Source of the DNA: a virus
Taxonomy: Duplodnaviria > Caudoviricetes
Length of the DNA stretch: 64,000 bases
Reading direction: 5' to 3' (one strand)
Virus record (IMG/VR): IMGVR_UViG_3300037067_018433
Positions 37,616 to 46,788 of the stretch are shown piece by piece (within the stretch, counting starts at the first letter, position 1; each line of letters opens with the position of its first letter). Position numbers and translations under genes: made by a program. The notes beneath the pieces were generated by a model, which saw only the letters and a list, made by a program, of their open reading frames with translations, made no database searches and was not told where the DNA came from.

Positions 37616-37810
37616 CTAGTCCCGGATGACACGGTCCGCCGGCCACCAGCCGACGGTCTTGATCCTCACGGACCCGGGTCCGGAAAACCCGGGCATGGGG
37701 TCCTGGTAGTCGACGACTTCCCTCGCGTACGAGTCCAGCGGCTGCTCGTCGCGTTCCGGGAGCATCGGCAGTCTCCGCACCATCTTCGTGACCAGGTCCT
37801 TGTTGCTCAT
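37616..37810 (-). CDS. Small hypothetical protein
   Basis: ATGA coupling to the upstream gene. Confidence 0.5.
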   Translation of the reverse strand: MSNKDLVTKMVRRLPMLPERDEQPLDSYAREVVDYQDPMPGFSGPGSVRIKTVGWWPADRVIRD

Positions 37811-38073
37811 GTCTTCTTCAACTCCTCGTTGCAGCGGGTGGCGAGTTCGTAGTACGCCTTGCACCACGTCTCCTTGTCCGCCACCTCGTCCTTCGGCAGG
37901 TTCCCCGCCTTGTTGAACGCGTAGTAGGCCGTGCCCAGCAGGTCGTTCTTGTCCTGGATGACCTTCTTGGCCGCATCCAGGTTGTCCTCGAGCTGGAGAG
38001 CGTAGGCCTGAAGAGCCCGGACCACCAGCGCGGTGTTCAACTGCGCCTTCAGCGTCACTTCGTCGACCATCAC
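37807..38073 (-). CDS. Small helical hypothetical protein
   Basis: SD GGAGG; coupled. Confidence 0.65.
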   Translation of the reverse strand: MMVDEVTLKAQLNTALVVRALQAYALQLEDNLDAAKKVIQDKNDLLGTAYYAFNKAGNLPKDEVADKETWCKAYYELATRCNEELKKT

Positions 38074-38264
38074 AACCTCCGCGGGAGCACCAACTCCCTC
38101 ATCAGCGCGGCGTCCGACCCGGGCAGGTAGGTTCCCTGGGAATCCCTCCTCGGCGTCCAGCCGCCATCGTCCTCCGGGCGTGCGGCCTCGTCAAACACCA
38201 GGAGCGGATCTTCGGCCGCGGACTGGGCGTCCGCGAGTACGTCGTCCCAGATGTCACGTGGCAT
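38070..38264 (-). CDS. Small hypothetical protein
   Basis: Fills the gap with overlaps at both ends. Confidence 0.5.
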   Translation of the reverse strand: MPRDIWDDVLADAQSAAEDPLLVFDEAARPEDDGGWTPRRDSQGTYLPGSDAALMRELVLPRRL

Positions 38265-39162
38265 CGACGGGGGCTTCCTTGGGCTCGACCTTCTCCTGCT
38301 TCATCTCGCGCTTCTCGTCGTGCTTCTCGCGCCACATCGGGTCCTCCCAGCGCACCGGATTCCCCGCCGTCTTGGGGTCCTGCTCCGCGGCCTTCGCCGC
38401 TTCCACCGCGGCCTTCGCCGCGTTCCGCCACTGCGGAGGCACGCGGTCAACAGGGCCCTTCCAGGTGCGGCTGTCCGCCTCCGGCTGCTGCACGACGCGC
38501 CGCAGTCCGAACTCGTCGACCTCGACCGCCGCGCGGTGGTAGCTGATCTCCACCATGCCGGACGGGCTGGCGATGATCTTGGCGGCGCGCTGGCGCCGGC
38601 TCACCGCCAGCTTGCCGACGAGCCCGTCGACCTGGTAGCTCGGCGGGCAGCTGCCCGACCAGTTGGAGATGACGATCAGCCGGCGGCCGGCGACGAGCCG
38701 CTGCACGAACTCGTCGTCCACGTCCGCCTTCAGCAGCATCGCATCCGGGATGCCCGGGGGCACGACGAAGCCCGGGGCGCGGTACAGCTTGTTCGCCTTC
38801 TCCGCCAGCCGGATCAGGACGCTGTCCGTCAGCTCGACGGGGTGCGAGACGGTCCCCTCGTACTGCACCACGGTCATCGTACCCTCGTGGTCGAAGCAGA
38901 ACTCGAACGCCTCGTCGATGGACGCGGTGAAGAACTGGACGTAGACCGAGTTCGTCCCCGGCTGGTCGTAGATGACGCAGCTGCCGGTCTCGAAGCCCGG
39001 GATGCCGCGCAGTTCCTTCTCGACGATTTCCGAGGCGGCTTCCTTCGTGGGGACGTCGAGCACCAACAGCTTGTCGCGCCGCTGGCCGATGGGCCGGAAC
39101 TTGACGTGCAGATCCTGCAGCGCCCTCGCGGTCGAGTTCTCGTTCTTGAACGTGACTCCCAT
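38254..39162 (-). CDS. Hypothetical protein
   Basis: SD AAGGAGG before the ATG at 39162. Confidence 0.75.
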   Translation of the reverse strand: MGVTFKNENSTARALQDLHVKFRPIGQRRDKLLVLDVPTKEAASEIVEKELRGIPGFETGSCVIYDQPGTNSVYVQFFTASIDEAFEFCFDHEGTMTVVQYEGTVSHPVELTDSVLIRLAEKANKLYRAPGFVVPPGIPDAMLLKADVDDEFVQRLVAGRRLIVISNWSGSCPPSYQVDGLVGKLAVSRRQRAAKIIASPSGMVEISYHRAAVEVDEFGLRRVVQQPEADSRTWKGPVDRVPPQWRNAAKAAVEAAKAAEQDPKTAGNPVRWEDPMWREKHDEKREMKQEKVEPKEAPVDAT

Positions 39163-39237
39163 GAGATCCTCCTTGGCTTGCGCCACTGTTGACCAGCGGA
39201 CAGCCCGCTGGCTGACGGTATTGCTCCGTCTCATTTA

Positions 39238-39268
39238 TCTTATGCCGGTTTCGATCCCTGTTTTTACA
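39238..39268 (-). promoter_or_regulatory. Putative phage-specific promoter
   Basis: TGTAAAA-N15-GGCATAAGA. Confidence 0.65.
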
Positions 39269-39279
39269 TCCCCACCATG

Positions 39280-39294
39280 TGCTATGCTGAGCCC
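39280..39294 (+). promoter_or_regulatory. Extended -10 promoter, leaderless
   Basis: TG-C-TATGCT-GAGCCC-ATG. Confidence 0.6.
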
Positions 39295-40686
39295 ATGGAG
39301 CTTGGGGTTCGGCATCTTCGGAAGCTGGCGGAGTTCGCGCCGGGGCTCCCCAGCCGCTCGCGGTACGAGCCGTTGCCGTCGGTTACCGCGCCCAAGCCCT
39401 TCAAGCTGAACATCCAGCGGCACGTCGCCGACCGAGCCGGGGAGCACCTAGATCTTCGGTTGGTGGATCCCGACACGGGGCTCGCGCACAGCTGGGCGCT
39501 CAAGAAGTGGCCCGCTCCGGGTACCGGGACCTACGCCCCTCAACAGCCGACGCATGAAGGGGCGTACGCCGGATGGAGTGGTACGATCCCCACCGGTACG
39601 TACGGAGCTGGGACGGTTGAGAGCCAGCGGCTGGAGGACGCTGAGGTCATCCACAGTTCACCCAACGAGCTGCGCTTCAACCTGTACAGCGGCAAGATCC
39701 CCGAGCAGCTCGTGCTCAAGCGGACGTCGGGTGACCGGATGTGGGTGCTGCACAACGCCACGCCCTCACGCCACACGAAGCACTGGGCCGAACTGCTGCC
39801 GAACTACAAGCCCTCTCTCGGCCACGTGCAGTTCAAGGCGCTCGACCCTACCAAGTCCGACGAAATCTGGCAGCCCAAGATCGACGGGGCCCATGGCATC
39901 GTGGTAGCGGAAGGCGGGAAACCCGTCCGGCTGTTCTCCTATCGCGATGCCAAGAACGAGACTGGATTGATCGAGCACACGCACAAGCTGCCGGAGTGGT
40001 GGAAGAACGTGGCGCCCGCCGGCCTCAAGCCGACGGTGTTGCGCGCGGAGATCACCGGACGTGACTCCTCCGGTAAGCCGGTGCCCAGCGCCACCATCGG
40101 CGGCATCCTCAACGCCACCGTTCCCCACAGCCGCCAGATGCAGACGGATCAAGGGGTGAACCTGCGGCTCATCGGGTTCCGCGTGCAGCGGGAGGACGGC
40201 AAGGTCGTTCCGGACAACGCGCCGTACAAGCCGCAGTTGTCCACCATCCGTAGACTGGCCGCCGACATTCCCGTGCTCTACCCGATGCCGACCGCAGAGA
40301 ACCCCCAGCAGAAGGCCAAGCTGCTGGCGGATGTCGCCTCCGGCCACCACAGCCTCACCGGAGAGGGTGTGGTTGTGATCAAGCCACAGGGCACGTACAA
40401 GGCGCCCATCACCGAGACGCACGACGTCACCATCCGCAAGATTCTGCCGAGCATCAGGGAGGGGGAGGCCGGGGGTTTCGAGTTCAGCTGGGGCGATGGC
40501 CCCGTAGTAGGCGTGGTGGGCACCGGGTTCACCCACGCCCAGAAGCGCGAGATGCTGGCGAAGCCCGCGGACTGGGAGGGACGTGTGGTCAAGGTCACCG
40601 CCAAGCAGCGGTTCCCGAGCGGCGCTCTCCGCGGGGCGGCGTACGTCCAGGAGCACGAATCGAAGTCCCCGACGCCCTTTGGCTAG
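39295..40686 (+). CDS. LigD-type 3'-phosphoesterase domain fused to an ATP-dependent DNA ligase
   Basis: QRH.A.R..HLDLRL...SWA...H..Y...G.IP.G.YGAGTV phosphoesterase motif; ligase QPKIDG, EGVV, OB-fold VGTGFT...GALR. Confidence 0.85.
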   Translation: MELGVRHLRKLAEFAPGLPSRSRYEPLPSVTAPKPFKLNIQRHVADRAGEHLDLRLVDPDTGLAHSWALKKWPAPGTGTYAPQQPTHEGAYAGWSGTIPTGTYGAGTVESQRLEDAEVIHSSPNELRFNLYSGKIPEQLVLKRTSGDRMWVLHNATPSRHTKHWAELLPNYKPSLGHVQFKALDPTKSDEIWQPKIDGAHGIVVAEGGKPVRLFSYRDAKNETGLIEHTHKLPEWWKNVAPAGLKPTVLRAEITGRDSSGKPVPSATIGGILNATVPHSRQMQTDQGVNLRLIGFRVQREDGKVVPDNAPYKPQLSTIRRLAADIPVLYPMPTAENPQQKAKLLADVASGHHSLTGEGVVVIKPQGTYKAPITETHDVTIRKILPSIREGEAGGFEFSWGDGPVVGVVGTGFTHAQKREMLAKPADWEGRVVKVTAKQRFPSGALRGAAYVQEHESKSPTPFG

Positions 40687-40722
40687 TTGCCTTCGGTCCA
40701 TACTGCGCGGTACACTGAGTTC
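40687..40722 (+). promoter_or_regulatory. Sigma70-like promoter, leaderless
   Basis: TTGCCT-N18-TACACT-GAGTTC-ATG. Confidence 0.65.
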
Positions 40723-41208
40723 ATGGAACGAGCCGAAGAGGTTGCCCAGTACCTTCAGGGTTCCCTGCTCGAACGACTCAGGAAGATCGCGGCTGACGAA
40801 GCGGCTGCGTCGACCAAGGTGGCGGCCGCTCCCCCTCCGACTCCGCCTCACGACCCTCCCCCTCTTCCGCTGATGAAGAAGGTGGCGCACCTGTCTTCAT
40901 CCGAGCGTGAAGCACGCCGCGCCCACGGCGCTACCGCCGTCAACATGCTGGCGGACATGCTGTACGGACCGCGGGTCGGTCAGGAGCAGAAGCTCGCGGC
41001 GGCCATCGCCGGCGAGACGTTCAAGGTGGCGGCGAGGGACCTGGCGGATTGGGCTCCTCGATCCAACCCCGTCATCCAGAGCGTGCTGGCGCAGGCGAAT
41101 GTGAAGACGGCGTCAGCCGGTGACCGGGAGACCGCCGAGTACGTCGGGCGCCTGTTGGCCCACGGGCTGTACGCCCGGCACCTGGAGGCGACGGGCGCGT
41201 GCCGATAA
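40723..41208 (+). CDS. KxA-repeat protein
   Basis: 6 of 7 Lys are in K-x-A. Confidence 0.75.
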   Translation: MERAEEVAQYLQGSLLERLRKIAADEAAASTKVAAAPPPTPPHDPPPLPLMKKVAHLSSSEREARRAHGATAVNMLADMLYGPRVGQEQKLAAAIAGETFKVAARDLADWAPRSNPVIQSVLAQANVKTASAGDRETAEYVGRLLAHGLYARHLEATGACR

Positions 41209-41228
41209 CAGGCCGTGATCTGGCTCCG

Positions 41229-41738
41229 ATGGCCGACGACGCGTTAGTGCTGGCGACCAGGGTGGTTCGCGCCCTGCGTCAGAAGCAGGAAAAGAAGACG
41301 GAGAAGAAGAAGATGCCGACCAAGACCGCCGAGGAGCTGAACCTGCTGGGGGCCATCGCGTTCGGCCGGGCACTCGCCGAGAGGGATCTCGAGCCGTTCA
41401 AGCTGGCGTACCTGAAGGGCACGACCGTCAAGACGGCGGCCGCCGCAGCGGAGTGGCTCAAGGAGCTCGAGCAGCTGACGAAGAACGCGGACGCCGCGGA
41501 CGTCGCACGCGAGCACCCGTACCTGTCGACGGTCCCGGGGCCGAGAACGGCTGTCGTGAAGGGGCAGGGGCAGGAGCGCGAGACGCACAAGAAGCGCGCG
41601 TCTCTGGGTTCCGCCTACGATACGTTCGCGCAGACGCTGCCCGAGGACCAGCGTGAGTCGTTCTTCAAGATCGCGGAGAAGGTCAACGACGACGTCATTC
41701 GAGCGGCGGCCGTAGTGCTGCCGGCGATGGGGCGCTGA
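41229..41738 (+). CDS. KxA-repeat protein
   Basis: KTA, KLA, KTA, KNA, KRA, KIA; start could be 41313. Confidence 0.7.
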   Translation: MADDALVLATRVVRALRQKQEKKTEKKKMPTKTAEELNLLGAIAFGRALAERDLEPFKLAYLKGTTVKTAAAAAEWLKELEQLTKNADAADVAREHPYLSTVPGPRTAVVKGQGQERETHKKRASLGSAYDTFAQTLPEDQRESFFKIAEKVNDDVIRAAAVVLPAMGR

Positions 41739-41740
41739 CC

Positions 41741-42112
41741 ATGTGGCGCAAGTTCTGGACCTGGCTCAAGGACAAGGTCTGGCCCTGGCTCAAGAAGTGG
41801 TGGAAGTGGATGCTGTTCCCGATCGGCATCCTGCTGTTCATCCTCAGCCTCCGGCGGCGAACGACGACGGTCGTGGTGAGCGACGGACACGCGACCGACC
41901 TCGCCATCAAGAAGCATGACGAGCAGATCGCACAGCAGGTGACGGAGGCCGAAGCGAAGGCGGCTGCGGAGCTGAAGAAGATCGAAGAACAGCACGCGGC
42001 GACCATCGAGAGCCTCAACGCCGCACAGCGTCTCAAGTATGAGGAGTTGAAGCAGCAAGGTCCGCGCGAGATCAACGCGTGGCTGTTGCGGGTGGGTAGG
42101 GGTGAAGCATGA
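41741..42112 (+). CDS. Membrane-anchored coiled-coil protein (i-spanin-like)
   Basis: Trp/Lys amphipathic N-terminus, one TM helix, coiled coil. Confidence 0.6.
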   Translation: MWRKFWTWLKDKVWPWLKKWWKWMLFPIGILLFILSLRRRTTTVVVSDGHATDLAIKKHDEQIAQQVTEAEAKAAAELKKIEEQHAATIESLNAAQRLKYEELKQQGPREINAWLLRVGRGEA

Positions 42113-42606
42113 CCACCAAGTCGCGCATCAGCCTGTTCTCCGTTCTGCTCATCATCGCCCTGGTGTTGACCGCCTGGTGCTGGCCGGCGAATGCCGAGGA
42201 CTTCCCACCGGGTGAGGACCAGATCGTACCGTTGGCGGTGGGTGACCGGGCACCGTTCGAGGGCCAGCTGTTCGAGACCACAACTGCGATCAGGTGGGGC
42301 TTTAGAATTCAATCACTGCGCCTGCGCCTGGATGCGGATGTGGCGGCTGCCAACGAATCGTGCGCGGTCCAGACCGAGCTGCTGACCACCAAGCTCAACC
42401 TTGCTCAGGAGCGGTTCGACTTCAACGTCACCATGCTGACCGACGCTCGGGATCAGCTCCAGGCGCAGGTCGTGCAGCTGACCGAGGCACTCGCCGACGC
42501 CCAGGATACGCCATGGTACAGATCCTGGACGTTCGGGCTCGTCGTCGGCATCGTTGGCGCTGGGCTGTTGGCGGTCGGCGGTGCGTACCTCGCATCAGCC
42601 ATCTAG
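42109..42606 (+). CDS. Exported coiled-coil protein with C-terminal TM helix
   Basis: Signal peptide, heptads, C-terminal hydrophobic helix; ATGA coupling. Confidence 0.65.
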   Translation: MTTKSRISLFSVLLIIALVLTAWCWPANAEDFPPGEDQIVPLAVGDRAPFEGQLFETTTAIRWGFRIQSLRLRLDADVAAANESCAVQTELLTTKLNLAQERFDFNVTMLTDARDQLQAQVVQLTEALADAQDTPWYRSWTFGLVVGIVGAGLLAVGGAYLASAI

Positions 42607-42692
42607 CGAATATCTGCGACCGCACCGCACTGGCTACGATTCAGACTAAAGGAAAAGGGAGAGGTAGGACCGGCTACGGCCGGCGTTTCTCC

Positions 42693-42983
42693 CTAGGCAG
42701 CGATGAGGTAGACGCGGGTGGGGATTCCGGGATCCGTGAGCGTGACGATGGCGAAGGTCCCGGGCGCGGGCGTCACCAGCTGGTAGACGCGTCCGGTGTC
42801 GGGGTCGACCCGCGGTTCGCAGGTCGGCGGCGTTCCGGTGTACGCCACCAGGCACTCGGGGGGCACCCACAGGTGCAGCTCCCTCTTCATGCCGATGACC
42901 ACCAGCTCTTCGCCCGGCTTCTCCCCGGGAACCACGGTGCCGGCCTTGAGACCCTGGAGGAACTTCAGCGGCAGCTTCGTCAT
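42693..42983 (-). CDS. Hypothetical protein
   Basis: SD GGGAG; 96 aa. Confidence 0.6.
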   Translation of the reverse strand: MTKLPLKFLQGLKAGTVVPGEKPGEELVVIGMKRELHLWVPPECLVAYTGTPPTCEPRVDPDTGRVYQLVTPAPGTFAIVTLTDPGIPTRVYLIAA

Positions 42984-43158
42984 GTCGCGTTCTCCCTGTT
43001 GCAGATGAGCCGCAGCGCGGTCTCCTGCATGTGATTGACGGACCCCCGGTTGATCAGACGTGCGCGGATGTGCGCCTCGCGGTGGCGGTCGCAGACGGCC
43101 ACCCTGTCCCCCGTGCGGCTATCCCGTCGACAGCCGCACGGTTCGTGGGTGACCCGCA

Positions 43159-43626
43159 CTACGGCGCCACCTCCGTGGTCACCTCGGCGTGGTACGCGTA
43201 CGGGTTCTCCACCGGACCCCGGAAGGTCACGGTGAACTCCACGCGTAGCGCATCGATGTGGAAGCCCATCTGCAGGGGCCCGACGCCGACGGCCGCCGCG
43301 TCGCCGATGAGCTTGCCGATCCCCGACATGGCGTCCGCCAACTGTGGGCGGAGGACGCGGGGAATGGACATCCCGAAGCCGTTCTCCCCGAGCACGAACG
43401 ACCGCAGCTGCGGGTCGCCGTTGCCGATCAGCTCGAGCTCGGCGCTGAACGGCATGACCAGGTTGGAGCCGTCGACGGTGACCTCGCCGTCGATGGTGAA
43501 CACCCCCTTCACCCCGGGTTCCGTGAACGTGATGCCCTCGGTGATGCCCGTGGCGTAGGCCGCGCCCGCGACGATGCACAGCGACAGACAGACGGAAATG
43601 GCGACGGTGATGATCGTGCGTCTCAT
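43159..43626 (-). CDS. Secreted hypothetical protein
   Basis: SD AAGGAGG; signal peptide ending in AYA. Confidence 0.7.
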   Translation of the reverse strand: MRRTIITVAISVCLSLCIVAGAAYATGITEGITFTEPGVKGVFTIDGEVTVDGSNLVMPFSAELELIGNGDPQLRSFVLGENGFGMSIPRVLRPQLADAMSGIGKLIGDAAAVGVGPLQMGFHIDALRVEFTVTFRGPVENPYAYHAEVTTEVAP

Positions 43627-43783
43627 GGAATCCTCCTTGCCCAGTGGGCGGAATGCCGGCGGGTGTCCCCTTGCCGACTCGGGGGCTCCGGAGCTACCCC
43701 GGAGTATTACGCGGCGTCCCAGCCGATAGGTGGGATCGTCAGCTGGTGCCTGGACGGACGCCAACTACTCTTCCCTGCATTGA

Positions 43784-43815
43784 TCTTATGCCAGATCCAA
43801 TAGGAGGATTTTCGC
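43784..43815 (-). promoter_or_regulatory. Putative phage-specific promoter
   Basis: GCGAAAA-N16-GGCATAAGA. Confidence 0.7.
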
Positions 43816-44459
43816 TACTTCTTCTTGGGGCTGGCTTGGGCCGCGGTGCGCTCGGCCATGTTCTCGCGGAGGCGCTTCATGTCGGCGAGCAAGCTGCGTC
43901 CCCAGTTCATGGACACCCGGATGCTCCGCGTGCACCCGGCCATGACCCAGCGCGTGTACGGCGTCAGCGTTCGGCACATGTCAGGCAGCCGGAAGTGGAC
44001 AGGCGGCAGGTACCCCAGCAGCATGTATGCCCCGCAGATATCCCAGCTGAAGTCCATGCCGCCACCGGTCAACGCCATCACCGGTTCGTCGTCCACCATC
44101 ACCACGGTCAGTGCGCAGGAGGAGTTGTCCAGGATCTCTTGGGCTTCGCTGGGATTCAGGCGGAGGTTGGGCAGCGGGTAGTAGCAGTTCATCATCGGCG
44201 TGTAGCGATCGGGATTCTCCTGCATCCTGTTCCGGATGGCGTCCTGGATCTTGTCGAGCGGACTGTCCTTGTCCAGCAGCAGATCATCTAGATCCGTGTT
44301 CTCGCCATCCAACCACGCCATGCACTGCTTGCGATCCCAGTCCGTGACGTCGGGGTACACGAGGTCCCACTTCTCGCCGAATCCTTCGGACCAGTAGTAG
44401 TCCACCGGCTTGACGTCGATGGCCGCGCAACTAAGGGCCTTGATCGGTGTTCGCTTCAC
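43815..44459 (-). CDS. Hypothetical phage protein
   Basis: GTGA coupling; ALTGGGMDFSWDIC.AY..LGYLPP motif. Confidence 0.7.
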   Translation of the reverse strand: MKRTPIKALSCAAIDVKPVDYYWSEGFGEKWDLVYPDVTDWDRKQCMAWLDGENTDLDDLLLDKDSPLDKIQDAIRNRMQENPDRYTPMMNCYYPLPNLRLNPSEAQEILDNSSCALTVVMVDDEPVMALTGGGMDFSWDICGAYMLLGYLPPVHFRLPDMCRTLTPYTRWVMAGCTRSIRVSMNWGRSLLADMKRLRENMAERTAAQASPKKK

Positions 44460-44821
44460 GTCTTCTCCTTGCACCTGCAGCCGGCGGCCGGGCAGCGTAG
44501 GCTCTGGCAGCGTGGGCAGGTGGTGACCTTCTTCGGGTCGGATGGGTGGAACATGCAACAGACCGGGCAGAAGTAGCCGAGGGGCTGGGGTTCTACTCCC
44601 AGCAGCCCCAGTACACGGCGCACGATGCGCTCCTGCACCACCAGCGGCTGCTTCAGGTGCGGGAGCAGTCGACTGGCGACCGTCTCCTCCCAGATACCAG
44701 GAGCGCGGTCGCCGTAGGCTTTCTTGATCTTGTCGGAGTCCGGACCGAGGATGACGGCGCTGACCGGCCCGTCACCCTCGGCTTCGATTCCGAAGATGGC
44801 GTACCTGCAGCGAAGGATCAC
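44456..44821 (-). CDS. Protein with C-terminal Cys cluster
   Basis: CPVC...CPRC...C..C.C. Confidence 0.65.
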   Translation of the reverse strand: MILRCRYAIFGIEAEGDGPVSAVILGPDSDKIKKAYGDRAPGIWEETVASRLLPHLKQPLVVQERIVRRVLGLLGVEPQPLGYFCPVCCMFHPSDPKKVTTCPRCQSLRCPAAGCRCKEKT

Positions 44822-46788
44822 TTATCCTTCGCCCCGCTCTTGAGCTCGCGGATGGCGGGCAGGACCTTCTCGCTGAAGAACGCCATCACCTTCTTGAGGT
44901 TGTTGTTGACCTTCTCCACGCGCTCGTTCAGGCACTTCAGCTCGGCCATCAGCTCGGTGTGCGTGGGGATGCCCACGGTGGGTACGCATTCGGCGGCGAC
45001 GGCGGCCGGCTTGGGCTGGACGACCATGGACGACCCGCTGGCTCCGATGGGCTGCATGCGCGGCATGCCGGGGGCCGGGGGCCCGGGGATGGAAGCGTCG
45101 GTGACCGCCTTGGGGGTAGCCGGAGACGCCGCTGCAGGGGCCACGGCGCCCGTGAGAATCGGGGGCAGGGCCATTGGCAGGTCCAGCTGTACGGGGGGCG
45201 CCACGGGCGCCGCAGGAGGCGCTGCGGGGGCCCCGGGCTCGCCCGGCAGGTCGCCCGGACGCATCTCCGGGCCCTCCTTGCCCTTCTTCCCTCCCGCCTT
45301 GGTCGTACGCTTCTTCGCCGGTGCGGCTTCCGGTGCGGCTGCCGGGGTGGCGGGCGCGGCCGCAGCCCCGGGCTTGGGACTGCCCGCGTTCTGCCAGGCC
45401 TGGACCTGCTCGCGGTACGCGCGGTACGTGGACTTCGCGTAGTTGTAGATGCTCTGGGCCTTCTGCAGCGCGTCGCGGTACTCGGAGGGCACCGTCGCAC
45501 TCGTGACGTCCTTGTACCAGAACGGGGGCTTGGGCAGCGGCTTCGGACAGCCGACGGACGCCGCGTCCGACAGCAGGATGGCCACCTTCAGCATCGCTTC
45601 CTGGCCCGGGGGATCCGCGTTCTCTCCCAGCGCCTTGAGCATGTCGTGCGCCGCGTTCATCATCGCGACCACGAGCTTCGGGTCTTCCTCGAGGTTCAGC
45701 ATCAGCGTGATGATGGACACCACGTACGTCTGGGGGTCGGTCTTGCTGGAACCGGATGGAACGGGGATGCTTGGATCGGGCATAGCTCCTCCTTCGCGGT
45801 CTACACGCCGCACATGCAGGCCCTCACGGGCAACACACAGGTCGAACAGGCCGGCCGCCCGACCTTCGTTGTCGGTGGTCAGCGGGTTGTTGAGCAAGCA
45901 GTGCACGACCATCATGTCCGTGCACCCATAGCATGCGTCGATGCGCCCGGAACGCGCCGGGCACCTGATCTGCGACTGGTGCTTCTCCCAGCCGTTCATC
46001 ACCTGCGACATGATCTCCACGCGCCACATGTCGAATGGCGTCGTGCGCGACTCGCCGTACGCCGGCTGCTGGGTGGCGTAGTAGTCCACCAGCGCCGGGT
46101 GATCGGCGGGTGACACACGGACACCGGCGCCGCGTTCGTTCACGGTCTGCGAGAGCTCCGTGGTATTGGGCAGTTCTGCCATCAGTTCCTTCTCCTGTAG
46201 CACGAATTCGGCGCGAGCGGAACCATGTCCGTCCCTCTTCTTCATGTGCAGGTCGATGTCACTCGCGTCGTTCTCGTTGATCGCTCGGAACGTCGCGTCC
46301 TGCATCAGCTTGATCGGGCCGTCCACGTCCTTGCGGCTGAACCGCTCCCCGGTTCCCTTCTCCTGCCACCCCGCGTTCTCCAGCTTCGGGAAGTACCAGG
46401 TGATGTACAGATCCCAGCCGATGTTCTGCGGGAGAGCCACGAATCCGCGTGCCGCCAGCAGGTTCATGACCTCCAGCTTGCAGTGGTTCTCGAACGCCTC
46501 CCCCAGCTTGTTCTTCCGCGGACCCCAGGGGGTGCGATGGTACAGCCGGTTCACGCTGACCGGTATCTCGGGCAGCGTCAGGCACAGGACTACAGGCCCG
46601 GCGGTAGTTGTCCCCTGTACCCGCCCCTTGGGCCCTGGCCGAGGCTCCCGCCACGTTGGGTGGCCCCGTAGTCCGTCTTGAGGCCCTCCACCGAGCGTGA
46701 GACCATGGCCATCTGCCGGCCGAGGGACGCCTTCTTCGGCGCCAGCTGCTTCTGCTGGATCTTCAGCTTCACCACGATCTGCTTCCAT
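44818..46788 (-). CDS. RusA-like Holliday-junction resolvase domain in frame with two further modules; start uncertain
   Basis: P.SVNRLY...RKDVDGPIKLMQDA...IN.ND RusA pattern; internal SD+ATG at 46182 and 45783. Confidence 0.6.
   Translation of the reverse strand: MEADRGEAEDPAEAAGAEEGVPRPADGHGLTLGGGPQDGLRGHPTWREPRPGPKGRVQGTTTAGPVVLCLTLPEIPVSVNRLYHRTPWGPRKNKLGEAFENHCKLEVMNLLAARGFVALPQNIGWDLYITWYFPKLENAGWQEKGTGERFSRKDVDGPIKLMQDATFRAINENDASDIDLHMKKRDGHGSARAEFVLQEKELMAELPNTTELSQTVNERGAGVRVSPADHPALVDYYATQQPAYGESRTTPFDMWRVEIMSQVMNGWEKHQSQIRCPARSGRIDACYGCTDMMVVHCLLNNPLTTDNEGRAAGLFDLCVAREGLHVRRVDREGGAMPDPSIPVPSGSSKTDPQTYVVSIITLMLNLEEDPKLVVAMMNAAHDMLKALGENADPPGQEAMLKVAILLSDAASVGCPKPLPKPPFWYKDVTSATVPSEYRDALQKAQSIYNYAKSTYRAYREQVQAWQNAGSPKPGAAAAPATPAAAPEAAPAKKRTTKAGGKKGKEGPEMRPGDLPGEPGAPAAPPAAPVAPPVQLDLPMALPPILTGAVAPAAASPATPKAVTDASIPGPPAPGMPRMQPIGASGSSMVVQPKPAAVAAECVPTVGIPTHTELMAELKCLNERVEKVNNNLKKVMAFFSEKVLPAIRELKSGAKDK

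Noticed and set aside
43770-43793. TGGCA...TGC read as a sigma54 promoter (also near 59780)
   Set aside because: GG-to-GC spacing is 12 nt rather than the required 10, and the other two copies lack the GC
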